The notes under the pieces are model-generated. The model was not told the DNA's origin. It worked only from the letters and a program-made list of their open reading frames with translations, and did no database searches. From Cyclobacteriaceae bacterium (lineage in GTDB: Bacteria; Bacteroidota; Bacteroidia; Cytophagales; Cyclobacteriaceae), in contig JBLHTU010000001.1 of NCBI GenBank assembly GCA_047627515.1, forward strand, positions 11,883-75,882: 64,000 nt of DNA, read 5' to 3'. This document shows, piece after piece, positions 38,512-47,217 of the stretch (positions within the stretch are counted from its first letter, which is position 1; each line of letters starts with the position of its first letter). Made by a program: the position numbers and the translations under genes.

Positions 38512-39345
38512 CTATTCAGGTGTGAAATGATGACGACTAAAGATATTATTCGGAGTGATTTTAAACGTCTCTTGACCATTATCAGTATACTGAACGACTC
38601 TCATGTCGTCATGTCCGAAAATATAGATATTGATTTCCACATTTAAAGCTACATCATGCGTCAGCATTTTCTTAAAAAAGCCCCATTCGCGTAACACCTT
38701 CTCTCTCTCATCCTTCTCAAGCTCCTTCACATCTACCATCACAGAACTGGTAGAGATATAACTTTCATGCAATTGTATCTGCACCTCAGCTAGGTTTTTT
38801 GTGGTCGTATTCATGACTTGCTGATACATGTGGTTTGACAACAAGTGATGGTTTTCCTCAGCAAGTATTTTATTTTTCACCTCAGGGTCCTCTGTATTTT
38901 CACGGTAATGATTTTGTTTCAACCAAGAGTCGCTCACTTCTAGAACTGCAAATAACAAAGTATCATAAATAGCCAAAGGGTATATATCTACAGGCACAAG
39001 GAGCATTGTGAAATTTTGATGTTCCGTGAAATGCTTAACGAAAACATCAATATCCTGACCAACCGCCACATCATTTCGCTTCAACTTCACCGTATTAGGA
39101 TCAATGTTATGCCCTTGTTCTAAAAGATAATTAACAAAAGTTTTTGTAGAGGTGAATTGATGAACCATATCTTCTATTTTTTCGATATGGTTTTCTTGGA
39201 TATACTGCTCCATTGTCTCACCTACCTCAATGGTGTTATTCCTTTGCTTTTCCTTCTGTGCCCATACTGCTGTGGTAAGGCAACCCGACAATAGAAAGAA
39301 GATACTAAGCCGTTTCAATGCAAATTCGTGTTGGGAATAATTCAC
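38512..39345 (-). CDS. hypothetical secreted/lipoprotein
   Basis: 277 aa. 'LSIFFLLSGCLTTAVWAQ' signal/lipobox. No family recognised. Confidence 0.5.
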   Translation of the reverse strand: MNYSQHEFALKRLSIFFLLSGCLTTAVWAQKEKQRNNTIEVGETMEQYIQENHIEKIEDMVHQFTSTKTFVNYLLEQGHNIDPNTVKLKRNDVAVGQDIDVFVKHFTEHQNFTMLLVPVDIYPLAIYDTLLFAVLEVSDSWLKQNHYRENTEDPEVKNKILAEENHHLLSNHMYQQVMNTTTKNLAEVQIQLHESYISTSSVMVDVKELEKDEREKVLREWGFFKKMLTHDVALNVEINIYIFGHDDMRVVQYTDNGQETFKITPNNIFSRHHFTPE

Positions 39346-39463
39346 AAGTATAAAGAATAAAGAAGTATAGACACGATTACGTAACGCTTACAATCGGGCA
39401 GTTGTTTCAAAATATAAACCCGAAGATTCAGCTAGTAGACCTGGCCTCTACGGGTGACTACTA

Positions 39464-39496
39464 AGAAAAAAACCCACTTTTTCAAGTGGGTTTTTT
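39464..39496 (-). terminator. rho-independent terminator downstream of tRNA-Thr
   Basis: 'aaaaaaAACCCACTTtttcAAGTGGGTTtttt' immediately 3' of the tRNA on the minus strand. Confidence 0.75.
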
Positions 39497-39497
39497 G

Positions 39498-39571
39498 AGC
39501 CCCCAGTCGGATTCGAACCAACGACCCACGCATTACAAGTGCGTTGCTCTGGCCAGCTGAGCTATGGGGGC
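39498..39571 (-). tRNA. tRNA-Thr (anticodon TGT)
   Basis: The reverse complement GCCCCCATAGCTCAGCTGGCCAGAGCAACGCACTTGTAATGCGTGGGTCGTTGGTTCGAATCCGACTGGGGGCT folds as a cloverleaf. It has a 7-bp acceptor stem, anticodon stem ACGCA/TGCGT, loop CTTGTAA and a GTTCGAATC T-loop. No encoded CCA. Confidence 0.9.
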
Positions 39572-39620
39572 AACAAGCTTTATTAAGGTGTCATTGAGAC
39601 AGTCTGTTTTAAAGCGAGTG

Positions 39621-39651
39621 CAAATGTAAACGGATGATTATTTTTAACAAA
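39621..39651 (-). promoter_or_regulatory. candidate Bacteroidota sigma-A promoter for tRNA-Thr
   Basis: The minus strand reads TTTG-N19-TACATTTG. This matches -33 TTTG / -7 TAnnTTTG. It lies about 50 nt upstream of the tRNA 5' end. Confidence 0.4.
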
Positions 39652-39667
39652 GCCTGACTGCAATTTT

Positions 39668-42064
39668 TTATAAATTCCTAATCGCTTTTAGCTCTCTTTT
39701 TAAATCATCTAGTGACTTTTGTCCTGCACTGATGTGTCCTTCCATTTCCAATTTCAATTTATCCGCAGTTTTAGATTTAGCAAAAAACTCGATATTGGTC
39801 TTATAGGTAGATATATCTCCCTCCAATGTTGATATTTTTCGCTTGATCGCTTGCTCTTTGCGGTGCTTCATACTGGAACCATTGGGAGAGCCCTTAAATT
39901 TCGCAACTTGAATATGCATCTTTAGATCCTCCTTGTCATCATCCGTCAATTTCGATGACTTTTCTAGGGACAATACGATACTGTCAAACTTCTTGGAAAT
40001 CTTTTTTATAGCTTTTTTTGGCACAAACCCAATCGACAAATACTCATCGATGTACGCATAAATACCATCTAAGTCATCAGCTCCATCAGCAATCTGGTTC
40101 TCAAGTGATTCGCAGATTGTTAGTTTCTTCTTTAAATTTTCTTCAAAAACTAAATCTTGCTCTTGGTTAATAACTCTACGCTGATTGAAGAAAGCGTCGC
40201 AAGCGGTCTTAAAACGCTTGAATAGCTCCTTTTTGTTTGCGTCAGGTATTGGTCCTATGTCTCTCCACTCAACCTGCATCCGCTTTAGTAGCTCGGTAGT
40301 TTTCACCCAATCAGAACTTGCTTGTAGACTTTCTGCCTTTTCCACCAACTCTACTTTCTTAGTGAGGTTTCCCTCCTTCTGAGACTCTAGCGATTTGAAG
40401 AATTTATTCTTAGCTGCAAAAAACTGCTTGAAATTGCCCCAAAACTGTTTATTTATCTCTTTGGAATGTTCCTTAGGAACACCGCCCAACGCATCCCACT
40501 TCTTCTGGGTAGCTAATAATTCCTGTGTCTTACTATTCCACTCAGTTATTCTATCAGAAGAAAATGATACGCAACTGGCCATGTCTTCTACGAGCTTACG
40601 CTTTAGATGCAGGTTAGCTGTAAGCTCCTCTTTCATCTGATCATAGAAACCTTTCCTTCTCTCATATACTTGATCTGAAGCTGCCTTAAAACGCTGCCAA
40701 AGAGCTTCTTGCTCCTCCATAGGAACTGGCCCTAGATGCTTGTACTCTTCATGAAGCTCATTTAACTGTACAATAGCATCACGAACATTTTCTAGTGTAG
40801 TGAGGGCTTCTGCTTTTTCACAGAGTTCGACCTTCAACGTTAGATTTTTCTTTCGATCTAGCTCCTTCAGTTCAAAATAGATCGATCGTGCATCATAAAA
40901 ACGATCAAGCAAGGCATGATAGTTAGCCCAAAGCGTTCGATTGAAGTTATTTGGAACAGGCCCTACGGTTTTCCACTCATCCTGAAGTGCCCTAATGGCT
41001 TTTAAGCTAATATTAGTTTCTTCGCCATCCACTAACTCCCTTATTTCATTTAGGATCTCTTCCTTTCTCTTAAGGTTAGTGTCCTTCTGATTTTCCAGCT
41101 GCTTATAGTACTGATGACGCTTATCTCTTAATTGTGAGTAGATATGATGAAACTGCTGATCTTCTTCACTGTATTGGTAATTAAAATCGTCCTCATTTGC
41201 TCCTTCCTCACTTAGAAAAGCTTTTAGTGCTTCGGCTTTCTCTTCACCGAAAATACCATCAAAACAAGGCTTGACCAATTTGAGATGCTGATCAATGCGC
41301 TTAATGCTTCCTTCTTCTTCTAAACCAATCAATATCTCAATCAACTGAGCTTTCGTTTGGCTGCTAAAATCAAGTACTTCTTCTTCCGATTCTTCAGTCA
41401 ACTCCTCGGATTCCTTTTCATCAGAGACTGCAACTTCATTTTTAACCTCTTCAGGTTTTTTGGTTACAGGAGCATCAGCAATATTATTATCTACTAACTC
41501 CTCAGATTCCTTTTCATCACTGACTGCAGCTTCTTCTTTAACCTCTTCAAGTTTTTCAGCTACAGGAGCAACAGCGATGCTATTATCTACCAACTCCTCA
41601 GATTCCTTTTCGTCAGTGACTGCAGCTTCTTCTTTAACCTCCTCAGATTTTTCAACTACAGGAGCAACAGCAATGATATTATCTACCAACTCCTCAGATT
41701 TCTTTTCGTCAGTGACTACAGCTTCTTCTTTTACCTCTTCAGGTTTTTCAACTGCAGGATCAACAGCAATGCTATTATCTACCAATTTCTCGGGTTCTTT
41801 TTCTTCTGACACCGTAACTTCCTCTGTAGCCACTTCTAGACTTTCAGTTGATGCGACTTCTTCAGGCTTTTCCTCGGCCGCCACTGGCACTTCTTCTACT
41901 GACTTCGGTTCCACTTCCTTCACGGACTCTTTGCTGTCTGTGATTTCAGTTGCAATCTCCTCTGTTGCAGATTCTACAGGTAATTCAGATTTACTCTGAA
42001 CGGCTTCTGATTCCGATTCGTTTTTTGTCGCCATCGAATTCAGCTCTTCATTTTGCTTTTCCAT
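39668..42064 (-). CDS. DUF349 domain-containing protein with acidic N-terminal tandem repeats
   Basis: 798 aa. Repeated DUF349 units ('EWKTVGPVPNNF', 'EYKHLGPVPMEEQEALWQRFK', 'KKWDALGGVPKEH', 'VEWRDIGPIPDANKKELFKRFK'). The N-terminal third is Glu/Val-rich 32-aa repeats. Confidence 0.8.
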   Translation of the reverse strand: MEKQNEELNSMATKNESESEAVQSKSELPVESATEEIATEITDSKESVKEVEPKSVEEVPVAAEEKPEEVASTESLEVATEEVTVSEEKEPEKLVDNSIAVDPAVEKPEEVKEEAVVTDEKKSEELVDNIIAVAPVVEKSEEVKEEAAVTDEKESEELVDNSIAVAPVAEKLEEVKEEAAVSDEKESEELVDNNIADAPVTKKPEEVKNEVAVSDEKESEELTEESEEEVLDFSSQTKAQLIEILIGLEEEGSIKRIDQHLKLVKPCFDGIFGEEKAEALKAFLSEEGANEDDFNYQYSEEDQQFHHIYSQLRDKRHQYYKQLENQKDTNLKRKEEILNEIRELVDGEETNISLKAIRALQDEWKTVGPVPNNFNRTLWANYHALLDRFYDARSIYFELKELDRKKNLTLKVELCEKAEALTTLENVRDAIVQLNELHEEYKHLGPVPMEEQEALWQRFKAASDQVYERRKGFYDQMKEELTANLHLKRKLVEDMASCVSFSSDRITEWNSKTQELLATQKKWDALGGVPKEHSKEINKQFWGNFKQFFAAKNKFFKSLESQKEGNLTKKVELVEKAESLQASSDWVKTTELLKRMQVEWRDIGPIPDANKKELFKRFKTACDAFFNQRRVINQEQDLVFEENLKKKLTICESLENQIADGADDLDGIYAYIDEYLSIGFVPKKAIKKISKKFDSIVLSLEKSSKLTDDDKEDLKMHIQVAKFKGSPNGSSMKHRKEQAIKRKISTLEGDISTYKTNIEFFAKSKTADKLKLEMEGHISAGQKSLDDLKRELKAIRNL
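41395..41830. repeat. about 4.5 tandem copies of a 96-bp coding repeat
   Basis: The anchor 'ctcctcagattcc' (variants 'ctcctcggattcc', 'ttctcgggttc') recurs at 41402, 41498, 41594, 41690 and 41786, an exact 96-nt period. It encodes about 32 aa, 'EELVDNxIAVAPVxEKxEEVKEEAAVxDEKES'. Confidence 0.85.
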
Positions 42065-42123
42065 TTCTCTTGCTCTACTTAATCTCTCTACTATCTAGCT
42101 CACGCAAAATTATCAATTGCTGA

Positions 42124-42708
42124 CTAGTTTAATCTAGGGTCTATCGGATAATTAGCAATCGCTTTAAACTTTCCACCCATTTTTTTCAATAAATGCTTCC
42201 AGATATCTTCGGGAGGTAAGTCAAATAACAATGCTGTATCTATTCCTTTGTAAACTATCCATGATTTAGCTATCAATTCTTCCTTCAATTGTCCAGGAGA
42301 CCAACCACTGTATCCTGCAAAAAATCTAAAATCCTCTTTACGAATCTGTCTTGTATCTATGATTGAAAAAAGTTTATCTTGATCACCTCCATAATACAGC
42401 TCTGAATCAATTTTCATCACATAATCAATCAAATCAGGTGCCCGATGGATAAAATGCAAGGTATTCTGCTGGACTGGTCCTCCCACATATACTTCCGCAT
42501 CAAAACCAGACGACTCAGGAATAATCTCTTCAAAAACTGTGTCTGACGGTTGATTAATAATCAATCCGAATGTTCCTTCATCGTTGTGCTCACAGAGAAG
42601 TACAACGGACCGCTCAAAATTCTTATCTGGCAAGTATGGTTCCGAAATCAATAAATCACCAACCTGTGGTTCAATCAGTTCATCGGATGAAAAATAATCT
42701 ATATCCAT
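42124..42708 (-). CDS. YqgE/AlgH family protein (UPF0301)
   Basis: 194 aa with 'GDLLISEPYLPDKNFERSVVLLCEHNDEGTFGLIINQP', 'YVGGPV', 'FAGYSGWSPGQLEE-like'. Confidence 0.85.
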   Translation of the reverse strand: MDIDYFSSDELIEPQVGDLLISEPYLPDKNFERSVVLLCEHNDEGTFGLIINQPSDTVFEEIIPESSGFDAEVYVGGPVQQNTLHFIHRAPDLIDYVMKIDSELYYGGDQDKLFSIIDTRQIRKEDFRFFAGYSGWSPGQLKEELIAKSWIVYKGIDTALLFDLPPEDIWKHLLKKMGGKFKAIANYPIDPRLN

Positions 42709-42711
42709 GTC

Positions 42712-43296
42712 TCAGTGTAAAGCTGCAATGATTGGAAGCTCAGCAAGTACTACGGCTTCGATTTCAGACATCTCCTCTAGTCTTTGATAGACCGGCGTTT
42801 CATCGAAATAGTTTAAAGCCATTTTCACAAACACTTCCCCATGCTTTGCCTCAGAGGCAAAAAGCCGCTGGTAAAAGGATTTTAAATTGGGCTCTTCAAG
42901 ATTTTCAAAAACCAGTCTGAATCTTTCAGCACCTCTGGTTTCCACCAAACTTGCAAGTAGTAGTCGATCCATAAAACGCTCATCTCGACCATCTCGACAA
43001 TGTTTTAGCAATTTAGATACGTAGGGGTCTTTACCCATCTCCGGCGGTAATTGAAGTCCACGACTCACCATAATCTCGTACACATCTCTAAAATGCTCCA
43101 ATTCCTCTACCGCTGTATCAATTAATTCAGGAATGATCTCAAGACGATTGGGATACTTTGCCACAAAGCTCATCGCCATCGCAGAAGCTTTTCGTTCGCA
43201 GTTGGCATGATCTTTCAAAAATTCATCGAAATTTGAGACCACAGTGTTGATCCATTCGGTACTGCTGTCTGTGACTAACTTTATCCTATACTGCAT
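42712..43296 (-). CDS. miaE: tRNA-(ms2io6A37)-hydroxylase (di-iron, ferritin-like)
   Basis: 194 aa. 'DHANCERKASAMAMSF', 'AVEELEHF', 'LVETRGAERF' and 'FASEAKHGEVF' parallel the Salmonella MiaE blocks DHxxCExKAA / EELxHF / EARSCERF / SEAxH. Confidence 0.75.
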   Translation of the reverse strand: MQYRIKLVTDSSTEWINTVVSNFDEFLKDHANCERKASAMAMSFVAKYPNRLEIIPELIDTAVEELEHFRDVYEIMVSRGLQLPPEMGKDPYVSKLLKHCRDGRDERFMDRLLLASLVETRGAERFRLVFENLEEPNLKSFYQRLFASEAKHGEVFVKMALNYFDETPVYQRLEEMSEIEAVVLAELPIIAALH

Positions 43297-43431
43297 AGGT
43301 GCAATTAATTATTTGAGATGATCATTCGGTTTGAAAAGACGCCGTTTTATCGACTCACAAAGTAAACAATTTTATAGGGTAATACTGTTGCACAACAATA
43401 ATGGAATTGTATTATTTAAATTGCATCCATA

Positions 43432-44067
43432 ATGAATGTAGCAGACTTACGTAGAGATTATCAACAAGCTGAATTAACCGAATCCTCAGTATTCACTTCA
43501 CCTTTCAAACAATTTGAGAAATGGTTTGAAGAAGCTGTGAAAGCAGATCTGCTTGAGCCGAATGCAATGGCTCTTTCTACCGTCAACACTGAAGGAGAAC
43601 CGTCGCAGCGGACAGTACTATTGAAAGCCTACGATGATAAAGGTCTTGTATTCTACACGAATTATACTTCGCGTAAAGCGCAGCAAATAGAACTCAACCA
43701 TAACGTAAGTACTCTGTTTCCCTGGTACACCTTAGAAAGGCAAGTTATCATTCAAGGTGTCGCAGAAAAAGTCTCTACCAAAGAATCGCTATCCTATTTC
43801 CTGAGTCGACCTCATGGCAGTCAATTGGGCGCTTGGGTTTCACATCAAAGCAAGGTGATCAGTTCTAGGTCCATATTGGAGATGAAGCTGCAGGAAATCA
43901 AAGAAAAATTCCAAGAAGGCAAAGTTCCCTTGCCTGATTTTTGGGGAGGATATCGAATCAAACCTACAAGTTTTGAGTTTTGGCAGGGAAGGTCTAGTCG
44001 GTTACACGATCGGATCCTTTACCAATTGGATAACAATCAATGGTCTGTGAATAGACTAGCACCCTGA
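43432..44067 (+). CDS. pdxH: pyridoxamine 5'-phosphate oxidase
   Basis: 211 aa with 'LRRDY', 'PSQRTVLLK', 'FYTNYTSRKA', 'EFWQGRSSRLHDR'. Confidence 0.92.
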   Translation: MNVADLRRDYQQAELTESSVFTSPFKQFEKWFEEAVKADLLEPNAMALSTVNTEGEPSQRTVLLKAYDDKGLVFYTNYTSRKAQQIELNHNVSTLFPWYTLERQVIIQGVAEKVSTKESLSYFLSRPHGSQLGAWVSHQSKVISSRSILEMKLQEIKEKFQEGKVPLPDFWGGYRIKPTSFEFWQGRSSRLHDRILYQLDNNQWSVNRLAP

Positions 44068-44083
44068 AGGGTCATTAAGGTAA

Positions 44084-45328
44084 ATGAGTAGTAAATCCAC
44101 AGAGGCATACTATTTTGAGCGATATGCTGAACCTCCGATTATACCGACCAGTTGGCAACCTCCAGCAGATACTTCGATCGGAATCGTTCTCCCCTCTTTC
44201 AATGAGTTAGATACTCATAAGGCGATCCAGTGCTTAATTTCATGCAAGCAGATTATTGGACATGTCATAATCCTGGTCATTATCAACCATGCACAAGATG
44301 CATCTGCGAGGATCAAAGAGACTAACCTGATGACTAAACAACAGCTAGAGGAACTCTCTATCCCTGATCGTTTTACGCTACATACAAAATTGATCGAACT
44401 TCCAAACAAAAAAGCAGGTGTTGGATTAGCTCGAAAAATCGGAATGGATCAAGTAGCACGCTGGTTCCAACAATTAAATAAAAATGGTCCAATCGTCTGT
44501 TTCGATGCCGATAGTACTTGCTCTTCTAACTATCTACAGGAAATAGAGAAAGCTTACTACAAACGTAAAGCAGATGCTGCCATCATCTCATATGAGCATC
44601 CGCTAGATCCATTATCAGGAATCATTACGTACGAACTACATCTAAGATACTATGTCAATGCACTTCGCTTCGTTGGGTTCCCTAATGCATTTCAGACCTT
44701 AGGGTCATGCATCACTGTATCCGCGCAGGCATATGTCAATTCCGGAGGTATGAATACACGGAAGGCTGGAGAAGATTTTTACTTTTTACATAAAATCGCC
44801 AAGACAGTGCAAATCGAAGAGTTGGCTGATTGTTTTGTATATCCTAGTGATCGTTTATCTGACCGTGTCCCTTTCGGTACAGGAAAAGCACTCGCCGACT
44901 TTCGCAAAAAAGGCAAACTCCTGACCTATCCAATGTCGATATTTCAAGAACTGGAACAATACTTCTCAGCACGAAGACGACACCAAACTGGAACGTCTGA
45001 TACGATTCCAGATTCCCTTTCCCACTTTGAAGAATTACATGATTTCCAATCAAGACTGATTCAGATCAAAACGCAAAGTAAAACGGAGGCACAATACATC
45101 CAGCGACTCTTTGAGTGGTGGGACGGCTTTAAGATCCTGAAATATGTCCATTACCGACGAGATCAAGGCGTTAATATGATTTCAGTTGTAGAAGCCATCC
45201 ATGCATTGAACCAGGTCTACTGGAAGCACAAGGATCTCCCACATGATGAGACAGAATTACTTAAGCGACTGCGAGAAATAGATATTAATTATAGCAGATC
45301 AAATAAGTTCTTGATACCAGAAGGTTGA
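44084..45328 (+). CDS. family-2-like glycosyltransferase (function unknown)
   Basis: 414 aa with 'IGIVLPSFNE', 'VCFDADS', 'AGEDFYFLHK'. The 3' end overlaps the convergent bshB1 by 40 nt. Confidence 0.5.
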   Translation: MSSKSTEAYYFERYAEPPIIPTSWQPPADTSIGIVLPSFNELDTHKAIQCLISCKQIIGHVIILVIINHAQDASARIKETNLMTKQQLEELSIPDRFTLHTKLIELPNKKAGVGLARKIGMDQVARWFQQLNKNGPIVCFDADSTCSSNYLQEIEKAYYKRKADAAIISYEHPLDPLSGIITYELHLRYYVNALRFVGFPNAFQTLGSCITVSAQAYVNSGGMNTRKAGEDFYFLHKIAKTVQIEELADCFVYPSDRLSDRVPFGTGKALADFRKKGKLLTYPMSIFQELEQYFSARRRHQTGTSDTIPDSLSHFEELHDFQSRLIQIKTQSKTEAQYIQRLFEWWDGFKILKYVHYRRDQGVNMISVVEAIHALNQVYWKHKDLPHDETELLKRLREIDINYSRSNKFLIPEG

Positions 45329-46005
45329 GATTGAGAAAAACCTTCGGCATAGTTAACATTAATGCGCTGACCATACTCTTTGGATCTAGCCGTCAGCATC
45401 TCCATAAAGTTCTTACTTGAAATATAGGTTTGAGGGCCCTCTTCTCCTTCGCTGTAAAACTGCGAAGCATAGGCCTTCACCGCCTGCATTTTTTGATCAA
45501 TATGCTCACTTATGTCAACGTAAAAGTCTGGCTCTAATGACACACTTTGTATGTAGTTCCACAATTTCTTTGGCCTCCAAGCTTCCTGTTCTTCACCATC
45601 TATAGATGAAGGGATCATTTTTAAGCCCGCTTTGAAAAAAGCTTCATCTACAACCTGAGCACCTCTACCATGGTCTGGATGACGATCATATTTAGCATTT
45701 GCCAGCACAATTTCTGGTCGATACTTTCTGATCATCTTGATGATCTCCATCTGATGAGACTCATCAGCCGTAAACCATCCGTCTCGAAAGCCTAAATTCT
45801 CTCTGACACTAAGGCCAAGCAGCGCTGAGGCATTTGTAGCTTCCTTCGCTCGAAGTTCCGGCGTTCCACGCGTTCCAAGCTCTCCTTGCGTCAGATCAAC
45901 AACACCGACTTTATAACCCTTTTGAATGTGAGAAATAATTGTGCCACCACATGACAACTCAATGTCATCAGGGTGCGCTCCAAAAACTAAAATATCTAAC
46001 TTCAT
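45289..46005 (-). CDS. bshB1: PIG-L/LmbE-family deacetylase, bacillithiol biosynthesis BshB1-like
   Basis: 238 aa with 'ILVFGAHPDDIELSCGGT', 'VGVVDLTQGELGTRGT', 'HPDHG'. Confidence 0.75.
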   Translation of the reverse strand: MKLDILVFGAHPDDIELSCGGTIISHIQKGYKVGVVDLTQGELGTRGTPELRAKEATNASALLGLSVRENLGFRDGWFTADESHQMEIIKMIRKYRPEIVLANAKYDRHPDHGRGAQVVDEAFFKAGLKMIPSSIDGEEQEAWRPKKLWNYIQSVSLEPDFYVDISEHIDQKMQAVKAYASQFYSEGEEGPQTYISSKNFMEMLTARSKEYGQRINVNYAEGFSQSQPSGIKNLFDLL

Positions 46006-46032
46006 GTAGTAGGTTGGTATACTTTAAAACAA

Positions 46033-46059
46033 CAATGGATTGCTAAAAGCAACCCATTG
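46033..46059 (-). terminator. possible weak terminator hairpin downstream of trxB
   Basis: 'CAATGGaTTGCtaaaaGCAAcCCATTG'. The stem is imperfect and the following T-run on the minus strand is short. Confidence 0.3.
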
Positions 46060-46079
46060 ATATATTTGATTTTGTGTGA

Positions 46080-47033
46080 TTACACAGCTTCGGTCAGATC
46101 GAGCTCCTTCTCTGCGAGAAATTTCTCGGCGTCGAGTGCACCCATACATCCAGAGCCTGCTGCAGTCACCGCCTGACGGTACACTTTATCTTGCGCGTCA
46201 CCGGTTGCAAAAACACCTTCGATATTGGTTTTCGAAGTACCTGGTATTGCTTTGATATAACCTGCATCATCCATGGTTAACTGATCCTTGAAGATGTCGG
46301 TATTTGGCTTGTGACCAATAGCTACAAAAAAGCCTTGCGCTATCAATGTTTGCTTTTCGCCCGTCTTACTATTGACGATATTGACACCTTCAACCTCTTC
46401 CTCACCCACAATACTCTCAACTTCCGTATTCCAGAAGATTTCGATATTACTTGCATTCTTAACGCGCAGCTGCATGATTTTAGAAGCTCTCATTTCGTCC
46501 CTTCTAACAAGCATATAAACCTTATTTGCAAGCTTGGACAGGTACGAAGCCTCTTCAGCTGCGGTATCGCCTGCTCCTACAATCACGACATCTTGCCCTT
46601 TGAAAAAGAAACCATCACAGACGGCGCAAGCTGATACACCACGACCATTCAATCGCTCTTCATCAGGTAGACCTAGCCATTTAGCGGAAGCACCCGTAGA
46701 GATGATGACCGACTCAGCCTCTATTTCAGTCTTTTCGTCTATCACTGCTTTGTGAGGATAGCCAGAAAAATCTACAGACGTAACCAAACCGTACCGAATT
46801 TCAGTACCAAAACGTTCTGCTTGCTGCTGAAAATCAACCATCATCTGAGGACCATTGATTCCCTGAGGATAACCCGGGTAATTTTCCACATCATTGGTGA
46901 TTGTCAACTGGCCACCAGGCTGGCCACCTTGGTATAATACTGGTTTTAGGCCTGCTCGAGCAGCATAAATAGCAGCTGTATAACCTGCGGGACCAGAACC
47001 TATGATTAGCACTTTTACCTTTTCAGTACTCAT
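46080..47033 (-). CDS. trxB: thioredoxin-disulfide reductase
   Basis: 317 aa. FAD motif 'IIGSGPAGYTAAIYAAR', redox-active 'CAVCDG', NADPH motif 'VVIVGAGDTAAEEA'. Confidence 0.95.
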   Translation of the reverse strand: MSTEKVKVLIIGSGPAGYTAAIYAARAGLKPVLYQGGQPGGQLTITNDVENYPGYPQGINGPQMMVDFQQQAERFGTEIRYGLVTSVDFSGYPHKAVIDEKTEIEAESVIISTGASAKWLGLPDEERLNGRGVSACAVCDGFFFKGQDVVIVGAGDTAAEEASYLSKLANKVYMLVRRDEMRASKIMQLRVKNASNIEIFWNTEVESIVGEEEVEGVNIVNSKTGEKQTLIAQGFFVAIGHKPNTDIFKDQLTMDDAGYIKAIPGTSKTNIEGVFATGDAQDKVYRQAVTAAGSGCMGALDAEKFLAEKELDLTEAV

Positions 47034-47160
47034 TTCTCTTCATTTTTTGGATAGAACAAGATACCCTTTGAGATGATTCCATCACTTTGGGATTGTAAAT
47101 ATAAATCAGATAATCGGCAGCAAAAGTTCTTTGTGAATGTCGGCGGCCCGTCCTATTAAC

Positions 47161-47200
47161 AAAAAAAGCTATCCCAAATTTCTCTGAGATAGCTTTTTCA
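47161..47200 (-). terminator. rho-independent terminator downstream of pnp
   Basis: 'aaaaaaAGCTATCccaaatttctctgaGATAGCTttttc'. A hairpin plus T-run on the minus strand, 18 nt after the pnp stop. Confidence 0.7.
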
Positions 47201-47217
47201 TTATTTATCGCTACTTA

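Noticed and set aside
38093-39571. Genomic island integrated at tRNA-Thr
   Set aside because: No integrase, excisionase or transposase is present. No direct repeat of the tRNA 3' end is visible by eye. The region holds only two small genes. It is kept only as a low-interest finding.
41395-41830. Periodic repeats as a possible CRISPR array
   Set aside because: The 96-bp units are contiguous with no unique spacers. They are in frame within a long ORF and diverge by point substitutions. No cas genes are present in the window.
41460-41999. 179-aa Ser/Thr-rich ORF on the plus strand
   Set aside because: It lies entirely antisense to the Glu/Val-rich tandem-repeat region of the DUF349 gene. GAA/GAG-rich repeats are automatically open on the opposite strand as TTC/CTC (Phe/Ser/Leu) runs. 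It has no independent start context.
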